A stretch of DNA of 64,000 nt from Terriglobia bacterium (lineage in GTDB: Bacteria; Acidobacteriota; Terriglobia; Terriglobales; Acidobacteriaceae), in the NCBI GenBank assembly GCA_963840615.1, contig CAWJAA010000045.1, forward strand, positions 12,544-76,543, given 5' to 3'. Position 1 is the first letter of the stretch; each line of letters opens with the position of its first letter. Position numbers and translations under genes: made by a program. Below, in pieces: positions 29,649 through 37,205 of the stretch. The notes beneath the pieces are model-generated. The model was given only the letters and a program-made list of their open reading frames with translations. It was not told the DNA's origin and did no database searches.

Positions 29649-30725
29649 ATGAAGCAACGGTTGGTTTTTCTCGCGGCGCTGGTCTGTCTGGCCAGTTTAG
29701 CCTTTTCCCAGGATGCGACCAAAGCGAAGGGACGCTTCGTCGCCATGAAGCCTCACGCGTATTTCACCGATGCCCGGCCTCCGGCCGGACAACTGGCGCA
29801 GTGGAATGGCTCATGGATTCACAAGAATGTCCGCTATCCCTTCGTGATGGTGGGGGCGGATCCGCGCAAGAGCAACACGGCGACCACGGTCCCGGTGTAC
29901 CTCATTCCGGTCAAAATGGTGTACGGGTCGAGCAACGGCAACATGACGTTTGATCCCACGCTGAGCACGAATTTTAACGGCATGAGTGCGCAGACGGTGC
30001 TGACCACGTCACCGCTGTTTGCTTCGAACGTGGACTTCGTGCAGGGTGGAACCGACCTGGGCACGACTCAGTACATTGATGCTTACCAGCGCGGCAACTT
30101 CTGGAAGGTGGTCAAGAAAAACACCGGCTACCACGTGCTGCTGGGCACGCCCACGATTCTGGCGACACAGACGATTAACGTGACCGCATCGCAGGGTTCG
30201 GTGATCACCAATCCGTTTCTGGCCGGGCACAAAGTGGGTACGATGGACATCAACGCCTTCGATGTGGCGCTGCAAGGCTTCCTGCACAATTTCCCGCAGA
30301 TCACGCCTGACAGTTTGCCCATCTTCATCAACTACGACGTGTATCTGACTTCGGGCGGATGCTGCATTGGCGGCTATCACAGCGCCAACGGTTCACAGCC
30401 GGCGGGCCAGACGTACGCTTACACCACCCTGGTGGATCAGGGTTCGGGCGTGTTCTCGCAGGACACGGCCGCAGCGGCGCACGAAATCGGCGAGTGGCTG
30501 GATGATCCCTTCGTCGACAACTCGGTCCCGTGCCTGGATAACAGCATCCTCGAGAATGGCGATCCACTGGTGCTCGACGATCATGCCTACACCGTGGGCT
30601 CGTTCACCTATCACCTGCAGGACCTGGTGTTCATCGATTACTTTGGCGCGGGGACTGCGATTCCAGTCAACAGCTGGTTGAGTTTCCAGAACGACGAGAA
30701 GAATACCTGCCCGGGATTACCGTAA
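29649..30725 (+). CDS. secreted hypothetical protein with an HEIGE motif
   Basis: Signal peptide MKQRLVFLAALVCLASLAFSQ and GGAG RBS at 29640. Conserved-looking GGCCIGGYHSA and AAHEIGEWLDDPF segments. I recognise no family. Confidence 0.6.
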   Translation: MKQRLVFLAALVCLASLAFSQDATKAKGRFVAMKPHAYFTDARPPAGQLAQWNGSWIHKNVRYPFVMVGADPRKSNTATTVPVYLIPVKMVYGSSNGNMTFDPTLSTNFNGMSAQTVLTTSPLFASNVDFVQGGTDLGTTQYIDAYQRGNFWKVVKKNTGYHVLLGTPTILATQTINVTASQGSVITNPFLAGHKVGTMDINAFDVALQGFLHNFPQITPDSLPIFINYDVYLTSGGCCIGGYHSANGSQPAGQTYAYTTLVDQGSGVFSQDTAAAAHEIGEWLDDPFVDNSVPCLDNSILENGDPLVLDDHAYTVGSFTYHLQDLVFIDYFGAGTAIPVNSWLSFQNDEKNTCPGLP

Positions 30726-30745
30726 TCTGCCTGGGCGTCTGGGAG

Positions 30746-30778
30746 GGCCCGCTTCCCGGAAGGAGGCGGGCTTTTTTT
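30746..30778 (+). terminator. rho-independent terminator
   Basis: GGCCCGCTTCC / GGAGGCGGGC stem with a short loop, followed by T7. Confidence 0.75.
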
Positions 30779-30883
30779 GTTTGGGGAACTCCCTCTGATC
30801 CGGTCATCGTCAGCAGATAGGATGGCGATAGCGAACTCCGCGGGTGCATTTGGGGCTATAATTTTGCGACGGAGACAGTTTCT

Positions 30884-31228
30884 ATGCGACTCATTCAGGT
30901 AATTTCCGTCGCGCTTCTGGGTTTGGCTTCGGCCAGTGGGGCCTGGGCTGCCGATCCGCGGCCAGCCGAGAACCCGGGGTTGAACGCGGGCGGCGATTCC
31001 AGGGCAATCCTGCCGCTAACCACGACCATGACTGAATGGAACCCATTGTCGGGCAAGGACGATGACCGAGTTTGCTACCGTATGCGCACCTACCGCATTC
31101 GCAAAGATTTGGATCGCGAGAGCGTCATCCGGGTGCGTCCCGATGATGCCACTTTCGATCCGGACAACGTCATCGGGTATTCGACTTGCCAGCGGGCCGG
31201 GAAGTATGGAGTAAGGAGTACTGAGTAG
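30884..31228 (+). CDS. small secreted hypothetical protein
   Basis: 114 aa with signal peptide MRLIQVISVALLGLASASGAWA. A weak hairpin plus T6 follows at 31248-31269. Confidence 0.5.
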   Translation: MRLIQVISVALLGLASASGAWAADPRPAENPGLNAGGDSRAILPLTTTMTEWNPLSGKDDDRVCYRMRTYRIRKDLDRESVIRVRPDDATFDPDNVIGYSTCQRAGKYGVRSTE

Positions 31229-31456
31229 CTAGTACCGAGTTACGACCTCCGCAAGGCGCGGCTTTTTTACAAGGAAGACTTATGACTTACGGGAGAAGCT
31301 GTATCTGGAATTGCTACTACCGGTCATAGTTTTTGTGCTAAATTAGGCGCGCTGGTGCACGCGGCAGACGAGTTTGCGCCGAATCGTCGTTTCCTCCAAC
31401 CGATCGCGCATTTCTTTGCGCGAAGGCCCTCGCAGTGGGATACGAAGGAGCCTGTT

Positions 31457-32710
31457 ATGCAAACGGAAAATTCTTCCGCCGCTGGGCAGCGCAGCCTGAC
31501 GGCTTTTGCTGTGCTGCTGTTGGCCGGACTGGTGCTGATGCTGGGACGGCCTGTGTCCAAGCCCGTCCATGCGCAAACCACGCTGGGTGGTCCCTTGGCT
31601 GGACTGACCAGTGGCCAGTTAAACAATTTTGCGATCGGCATGACGCAATTCGATTTTTCCTGGGACCCGGTTCACGGGTTGGGACCGGTGTACACCAACA
31701 CCAATTGCAACAACTGCCATGCGTTGCCAGTGATTGGAGGTTTCAGCACGACCAAGCGGGTTACGCTGTTCGGGGCGCTCAACAGCGACGGCAGTTTCAA
31801 TCCGCTGACCAACGAAGGCGGGATCGAACTGCAGCCCTTAACCGTGGCCAAGTTCATTGCCGGATGTACGGTGGTGGGTGAATCTCTTCCCAAGGACGCC
31901 ACCATCGTTGGAAAACGTCTGCCTCCGCCGTTATTCGGCGACGGCCTGATCGATAACATCGACGATTCGGCCATCATGGCGAATGCGGTAGACAAAGGGA
32001 TGGGCATTCACGGCATGGTGAACATGGTTTCCGACTGGAACGGCAACCTGCGAGTGGGCCGCTTCGGACAGAAGGCCCAACTGGCGTCGCTGTTGCAAAC
32101 GGCAGCTCTGGCGTTCGGTCACGATCTAGGCATCACCAACCCGGTGGTCACTGCCGAAGATTGTCCCCAGGGTAACTGCACCATTCCACCCAACTGTGAG
32201 AAGAAATCCGAACTGAACGATCCGCAAGGGGTAGAGACGGTCCAGCTTTACAATTTCATGGTTTATCTGGCACCCAATGTGCCAGGGAGCGGGAACTCGA
32301 ACGGGCAGGCCTTGTTTAATTCGATTGGCTGCGCTTTGTGCCACATCCCGAGTTACACGACGGACGCGAACGTGGCGATTCCGGTCGACTTTAAGGGGCA
32401 CGTGAATGGGCCGCCGATCGTGGCGCTGAGCAACCAGCCGGTGAATTTGTATTCGGACCTGCTGGTTCACGATATGGGGCCGGGACTGGCGGACAACATT
32501 CCCATGGGACAGGCAAGCGGCAGCCAATGGCGCACTACGCCGCTGTGGGGCTTGTCGTTCCGCACGGTTTACCTGCATGACGGGCGCACCACGAATCTGA
32601 CGAAAGCCATCCAGTTGCATGGAGGCGAAGCGACCCAGGTGATCCAGCTGTTTAACGGGTTGTCACCGACAGACCAGCAGGCTTTGCTGGCGTTCATCCA
32701 ATCGCTGTAA
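31457..32710 (+). CDS. di-haem cytochrome c peroxidase-like protein (DUF1111 / thiol oxidoreductase family)
   Basis: Two CxxCH haem motifs (CNNCH, CALCH), a signal/anchor segment (LTAFAVLLLAGLVLML), ..RVGRFGQKA.. and ..LWGL..R..YLHDGR..T...AI..HGGEA.. blocks. ATG 31457 follows GAAGGAG. Confidence 0.8.
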   Translation: MQTENSSAAGQRSLTAFAVLLLAGLVLMLGRPVSKPVHAQTTLGGPLAGLTSGQLNNFAIGMTQFDFSWDPVHGLGPVYTNTNCNNCHALPVIGGFSTTKRVTLFGALNSDGSFNPLTNEGGIELQPLTVAKFIAGCTVVGESLPKDATIVGKRLPPPLFGDGLIDNIDDSAIMANAVDKGMGIHGMVNMVSDWNGNLRVGRFGQKAQLASLLQTAALAFGHDLGITNPVVTAEDCPQGNCTIPPNCEKKSELNDPQGVETVQLYNFMVYLAPNVPGSGNSNGQALFNSIGCALCHIPSYTTDANVAIPVDFKGHVNGPPIVALSNQPVNLYSDLLVHDMGPGLADNIPMGQASGSQWRTTPLWGLSFRTVYLHDGRTTNLTKAIQLHGGEATQVIQLFNGLSPTDQQALLAFIQSL

Positions 32711-32785
32711 GAGACCACCGGCCGCATCTTAATTGTGCGGGTCGCGCGGGCTGGAAGGAAGTCTATTTTCCCGGCACTGCCAACT

Positions 32786-32817
32786 GCAGATCCCTCGCTT
32801 CGTTCGGGATGACAAAC
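32786..32817 (+). repeat. copy of dispersed motif family A (AGATCCCTCGCTTCGYTCGGGATGACAA)
   Basis: GCAGATCCCTCGCTTCGTTCGGGATGACAAAC matches the reverse complement of the arm GTCATCCCGAGCGACGCGAGGGATCT in the 23.4-kb array (about 23/26), and also 56293-56322. Confidence 0.55.
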
Positions 32818-33091
32818 CTTAGCGGGACAGTCCTTGTCCGACTCCCGAAGGTATCCCCTTTTTTTGCCGTGGCTGCAGAGGCGCGGCATTTTCGCCAGGC
32901 GTCGGGCCGTCCAAATTTTACACAGATTTACCGGAGCGAAACAAAAATTTAAGCAGCGGAGCGCAAGACGAGTTGCTTGCTGCGTTCATCTAATAAGAGA
33001 AACAGGGAAGCGCTGATCGTACCCGCAGTTCGATCTTCCGCTAGTGCCTCCTCACCGAAACGCACACAGCCCGCGGTCACGGAGGAACGTT

Positions 33092-33505
33092 ATGGACAAG
33101 CAAACAACGGTGTTTTACGTGGACGATAATGCCGCTTCGAGGAAACTGCTTACCGGTGTGTTGGAGACTAGAGGATTCCTGGTGGTTGCTGCGGAGGATC
33201 CGGTCGAGGCACTAGACCGGTCGAGGAAGGTGGCATTCGACGTGGCGCTGCTCGACTATCAAATGCCGGGGATGAGCGGGACACAGCTGGCGCGGGAACT
33301 GAAGCAGATCGATGCGGATTTGCCGGTGGTACTCATTTCCGGCCTGGCGGCGCTGCCCTCCGATGAACTGGCGTTTGTGAATGTTCACTTGGGTAGTGGG
33401 ACCAGGCTGGAGCAACTGCTGGATACGATCCAAATGCTGGCTTATGAGAGACTGCCGGCGCTCGACCATGGGAGCGCGACCACGCGTTGGCATGACTCGA
33501 CGTAG
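33092..33505 (+). CDS. single-domain response regulator (CheY-like receiver)
   Basis: VDDN......L..., the phospho-acceptor context DVALLDYQMPGMSG, and PVVLISG. GGAGGA RBS at 33081. No output domain. Confidence 0.8.
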   Translation: MDKQTTVFYVDDNAASRKLLTGVLETRGFLVVAAEDPVEALDRSRKVAFDVALLDYQMPGMSGTQLARELKQIDADLPVVLISGLAALPSDELAFVNVHLGSGTRLEQLLDTIQMLAYERLPALDHGSATTRWHDST

Positions 33506-33575
33506 TTCTTCGAGTCGGCGGCTTGGCCGGCGGGACGGGCGGAGACGCCCGTCTCTCCGTCTGCATTCAGCGGCT

Positions 33576-33854
33576 CTACTGGGCGGTTTCCGCGGAGTAG
33601 CCCCGCTCGTAGCCGGCCACGAAGGATTGGCGGTCGACAGAGTTGTTCCAGCGTCCAGAGGCTAGATGGTGCCGGGCGCCGCGGGTACGGTCCAGATGTC
33701 CGATAAATAAGCCATCGCGGTAGGCGCCATCGGTGGCCCGGGAACTGAGGTTGGAGATGTGAGCCGGGTGGAGCTGCGAAGCGCCGCCGCGACTGGAAGC
33801 GGCGGTGGCGAGCAGAGCGGCGGCGATGACGATTCCGTAGTGCAGTGGTTTCAT
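33576..33854 (-). CDS. small secreted hypothetical protein
   Basis: 92 aa with signal peptide MKPLHYGIVIAAALLATAASS. No recognisable family. Confidence 0.45.
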   Translation of the reverse strand: MKPLHYGIVIAAALLATAASSRGGASQLHPAHISNLSSRATDGAYRDGLFIGHLDRTRGARHHLASGRWNNSVDRQSFVAGYERGYSAETAQ

Positions 33855-34065
33855 AGCGATCCCCCAATGTGCTGAGGGGACTGTAGCGGGAGACGAAGTG
33901 GGGAAATGTCAGCGCCAGGTCACGGGCGTGCAAAATCAATGCAATTAGGTTGTCAGTGGGGATGCGTGGGTATGGCAGAAGCGAGGCTTGAACAGGGCGT
34001 AAAGTAGCGGCGGAGAGGGCAAGCGTGAACCAGCGTGGGACGAGGGGCGAGCCCGTCCCCGCATT

Positions 34066-35292
34066 TTAGAAGGCTACATAGGGACCGGTGCCGCCGGGGG
34101 TGTTTTTCCCTTCGATGGCCTCGTAGACGTCACGTCCGAAGAAGAAAGGGAGCCCCCAATCGAAGCTATTGGGATTGGATCCGGCAAGGTTGCTGAAGAC
34201 AAAATTATTGGCGTTGTTGAACAACGATTCGGCGTTAGCGACGCTGAAACTCACCGCCTTGCCACCATTCGTAGCCGTCAGGTTCTGAGTGGATGAGGGG
34301 CAGTAAAAGCCGGTGGCGTTGGTGCAATTTGGGATGCCGGTGGTGGTGGAGTCGAGGAAGAAGTATCCGTTGGAGCCGGTGTCAACGAAACTTTGAGGAT
34401 ACGACGTTCCCTTGAAGACGGTGGTAAACAGGCCCGAGGGGGTGAGTGAAATTACGGTGGCTCCGTTCAGGGCATTGTTGGATTGGGTCCCGATACCAAA
34501 GACCAGGGAACCGGTGGCGCTGGGCTGCCCGGAAGACGAGACTGCGGGTAATTCGATGACTACACCGTTGTTATCGGTAGCGAAGGACGCGACCGGATTG
34601 GAAACCTGTTGGGCGAGGGTGGCGTAAGCGGGGACGCATCCGCTGCTGGGGCAACTGTAGTACAGGCCGACCGGAGGAGTGGGGTTGCCGCCGGGCGCGC
34701 AAAAGGCGCCACAATCCTCTGCGAAGACGCCCACGCCCAACACGCCATTGGCGCCAAAATTCGTGAGGCTATTGTCGTTCCTTCCTCCCGCTGAACAACT
34801 GCTGGGGATGGTGGCGAAGGCGGGATCGCCGAAGACGTTCACGGGAATGGACCTGGCGGTCTCGCCGGCGATCTTGATATCGGCAGTGCGCACCGGACCC
34901 CAGAGGAAACTGCCGTCGAGGAACTGCGTGCATTCGGCCAGCGGATGGCTGTTGGAATCGTTCTCTTGAGGAAGCGAGAGTGTGAGTGCGCCGCCCGCGG
35001 TCGAAGAGAGAAGGCGCAAACCGTAGGAACCGGTGTCGACCAGAACGTTGCTGATCGTCTGACAATTGGAGCTGCTCGGGACACAGACCGTGACGCTGGT
35101 GAACACGCCGTTGGCGTAGTTGCCGGTGGCGCCAGAATTGACGGAAAGGGTGGCGACGTTTTGTCCAGTGGACGTAATGTTCTGGTTGGGCTTGCTGCTT
35201 CCCCCGCCGCCACAGCCGAGGGCGAGGGTCAGTCCAGACGCCACTAGCAATGCACCCACCATTCGCAGCATGGACGGATTACCTGATCGCAT
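34066..35292 (-). CDS. DUF3443-family lipoprotein
   Basis: Lipobox LALGCGGGGSS. The Ser/Thr/Gly/Asn-rich body with VDTGS..L and FVDTGSNGYFF motifs (aspartyl-protease-like DTGS) is typical of DUF3443. Confidence 0.65.
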   Translation of the reverse strand: MRSGNPSMLRMVGALLVASGLTLALGCGGGGSSKPNQNITSTGQNVATLSVNSGATGNYANGVFTSVTVCVPSSSNCQTISNVLVDTGSYGLRLLSSTAGGALTLSLPQENDSNSHPLAECTQFLDGSFLWGPVRTADIKIAGETARSIPVNVFGDPAFATIPSSCSAGGRNDNSLTNFGANGVLGVGVFAEDCGAFCAPGGNPTPPVGLYYSCPSSGCVPAYATLAQQVSNPVASFATDNNGVVIELPAVSSSGQPSATGSLVFGIGTQSNNALNGATVISLTPSGLFTTVFKGTSYPQSFVDTGSNGYFFLDSTTTGIPNCTNATGFYCPSSTQNLTATNGGKAVSFSVANAESLFNNANNFVFSNLAGSNPNSFDWGLPFFFGRDVYEAIEGKNTPGGTGPYVAF

Positions 35293-35746
35293 CGGCGGTC
35301 ACCCCCTTGGGCAGCATGTCGGGCACGTAGGCCTTCCCGAAGAATGCCCGCATGTGTCCGCCGGAGTAGAGGACCATGCCGGGCTGTTCGATGACGAGCG
35401 GGCCGGCTCCGCGGCGGTGAGTTTTTCCCGCCTCGGCAAACGCCTGAAAGTAGGTGCCGAGAAGTTGCTGGAAGTCGGGGCGGAAGGAGCCTTGCCAGGC
35501 GACGCCGAAGACCTTTCCCTCAGGCGAAACATACTCGCGCACCAGGTCGCCGGATGGGGCGCGCAGTTCGTGAACGGCGTAGGCCTGGTTCTGCGTGGAG
35601 CGCAGCGTAGCCTGCATGTGAAGCTGGTCATTGGTGACCGAAGTTGCATCTCCACCGAGAGCGGCGAAAGCAGGCAGAGCCAGCAGCAATAAAGCTGGTG
35701 AGACTAGCGTCAAGAAGGTTCGGAGTTTGTGCATCGATTTCGTCAC
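35279..35746 (-). CDS. DUF2844-family secreted protein
   Basis: Signal peptide LLLLALPAFAALG. ..VHEL....G..VREYVSP.GKVFGVAW.G...PD...LLG.YF.. is the pattern I associate with DUF2844. Its stop overlaps the DUF3443 start by 14 nt. Confidence 0.6.
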   Translation of the reverse strand: MTKSMHKLRTFLTLVSPALLLLALPAFAALGGDATSVTNDQLHMQATLRSTQNQAYAVHELRAPSGDLVREYVSPEGKVFGVAWQGSFRPDFQQLLGTYFQAFAEAGKTHRRGAGPLVIEQPGMVLYSGGHMRAFFGKAYVPDMLPKGVTADAIR

Positions 35747-36000
35747 CGTGACTTTCTGTGAGAACCGCCGCGAGCAGGGGGGTGATCAGGAGAGACCCCT
35801 GCATTTTGCTTAGTTTGCTTAGGGAGACCTGACGTATAGAGCTTTCCCTGATTATTAGATGACGGTCGCGGGAGGAGGTTGCTTCCCGAATTGGGTCTCC
35901 GGCGTTCTGCAATTGGGGGCGGCGTAAATAAGGGGGAGGGCCCACCCTTGCGATGCGCTGCAAGGGTGGGGTGCGCACCGGGTTCGTGCGCTGATCGCGG

Positions 36001-36237
36001 TCAACGGGAGCCGGTCAAAAAAGGAATGACTTGGCCTCCGGTTCCGGTCTTTTGTAGAGTGCCCGGAACTTCTCCTGGTTTTCTGGAGGCAGCGGTCTTG
36101 CGTACCATGCGTTTCCGCTTGTCGAGGGCCTCCAGCGCAACGATCGCCCGGTCCAAATGACGACGTTGCCTCTTCAGTTCCAACACGAGATCCCGAATGT
36201 TCAAACGCGGCTCTCCCCGCCCCAAGGGATTTAACAC
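36001..36237 (-). CDS. small basic coiled-coil protein (hypothetical)
   Basis: From GTG 36237 the ORF reads ..EPRLNIRDLVLELKRQRRHLDRAIVALEALDKRKRMVRKTAASRKPG.., resembling small helical proteins common in Acidobacteria. The longer track ORF (to 36345) has an implausible N-terminus. Confidence 0.35.
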   Translation of the reverse strand: MLNPLGRGEPRLNIRDLVLELKRQRRHLDRAIVALEALDKRKRMVRKTAASRKPGEVPGTLQKTGTGGQVIPFLTGSR

Positions 36238-36484
36238 ATTTAACCCGCTGGACGAATTGAGCAGAGGAAGTTTCGGAGTCTTGTCCGGTTTTCGGAACAA
36301 GGATAGAGAAGAATGACTCCACAGGCACGAGCTTGTGAGTTTCACCGGTGGGCGAAGGATGGCGCGCTTGATGGGCAGAAGTATGCCATTCGACTTGGTT
36401 TGAAGCGGTTTAACCCCGGAAGAGATGCCGCTCGACGCGCCGCGCCTGCGCCCGAGCGTGAGCTTCCGCTATACTGGAAAACGT

Positions 36485-37018
36485 ATGCCGATCTTCGAGA
36501 ACATTGCCGCGATCGCCAAGGGCATGAGCATTACCTTCCGGGAGATGTTCCAGCCCACGCAAGTGGAGAATTATCCGGACGGCCCCGGACCCTTAAAGGG
36601 GGCGAAGTTTCAGGAGCGTTTCCGGGGCGTGCATGTGCTGCAGCGGGATGAGAGTGGCCTGGAAAAGTGCGTGGCTTGCTTCCTGTGTGCGGCGGCTTGT
36701 CCTTCGAACTGTATTTACATCGAAGCGGCGGAAAACACCGCGGAGAAAAGGGTGTCGGGCGCGGAGCGCTACGCCAAGGTCTATAACATCGATTACAACC
36801 GGTGCATTTTCTGCGGGTATTGCGTGGAGGCGTGTCCGACGGACGCGATTACCCACGGACACGGATTTGAACTGGCGACGTTCAATGCCAGCAGCCTGGT
36901 GTATCGCAAGGAGCAGATGCTGGCGCCGGCTCCGGCGCATCTGGGAGCGAACGCAGTGTTCAATACGGCGGAAGTACTGGAAGAGCACATGCCGGCCGAG
37001 CCGGTACCGGGAGTGTAA
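36485..37018 (+). CDS. nuoI: NADH-quinone oxidoreductase subunit I-type 2x[4Fe-4S] ferredoxin, stand-alone
   Basis: ..YPDGP..L...FRG.H.L.RD..G.EKCVACFLCAAACPSNCIYIEA and YNIDYNRCIFCGYCVEACPTDAI are the two NuoI cluster motifs. No other nuo genes are in the window. Confidence 0.8.
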   Translation: MPIFENIAAIAKGMSITFREMFQPTQVENYPDGPGPLKGAKFQERFRGVHVLQRDESGLEKCVACFLCAAACPSNCIYIEAAENTAEKRVSGAERYAKVYNIDYNRCIFCGYCVEACPTDAITHGHGFELATFNASSLVYRKEQMLAPAPAHLGANAVFNTAEVLEEHMPAEPVPGV

Positions 37019-37047
37019 GACTTTCGAGATTTCGAATGAGAATGCGC

Positions 37048-37084
37048 GCCGGTCCTCTTTACTTTTGGGGGCCGGCGTTTGTGT
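37048..37084 (+). terminator. putative terminator after nuoI
   Basis: GCCGGTCC (37048-55) pairs with GGGCCGGC (37069-76), including one G-U pair. 13-nt loop, followed by GTTTGTGT. Confidence 0.45.
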
Positions 37085-37094
37085 ATGAAAAGCA

Positions 37095-37183
37095 GTCGTT
37101 GGTGGTTGAGAAAAAACCTTCGCGAACCACCAAGGGCACGAAGGTTTCACCAGGGAAACCGTAGCGGCTAACCACCAACGACC
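37095..37183 (+). repeat. nested inverted repeats containing a family B motif, immediately upstream of metH
   Basis: The outer arms GTCGTTGGTGGTTGAG and CTAACCACCAACGAC enclose AACCTTCG..CGAAGGTT, which flanks GAACCACCAAGGGCACGAAGG. The structure ends 23 nt before the metH ATG. Confidence 0.6.
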
Positions 37184-37205
37184 CAAGACCAGCGACCAGA
37201 GGCCC

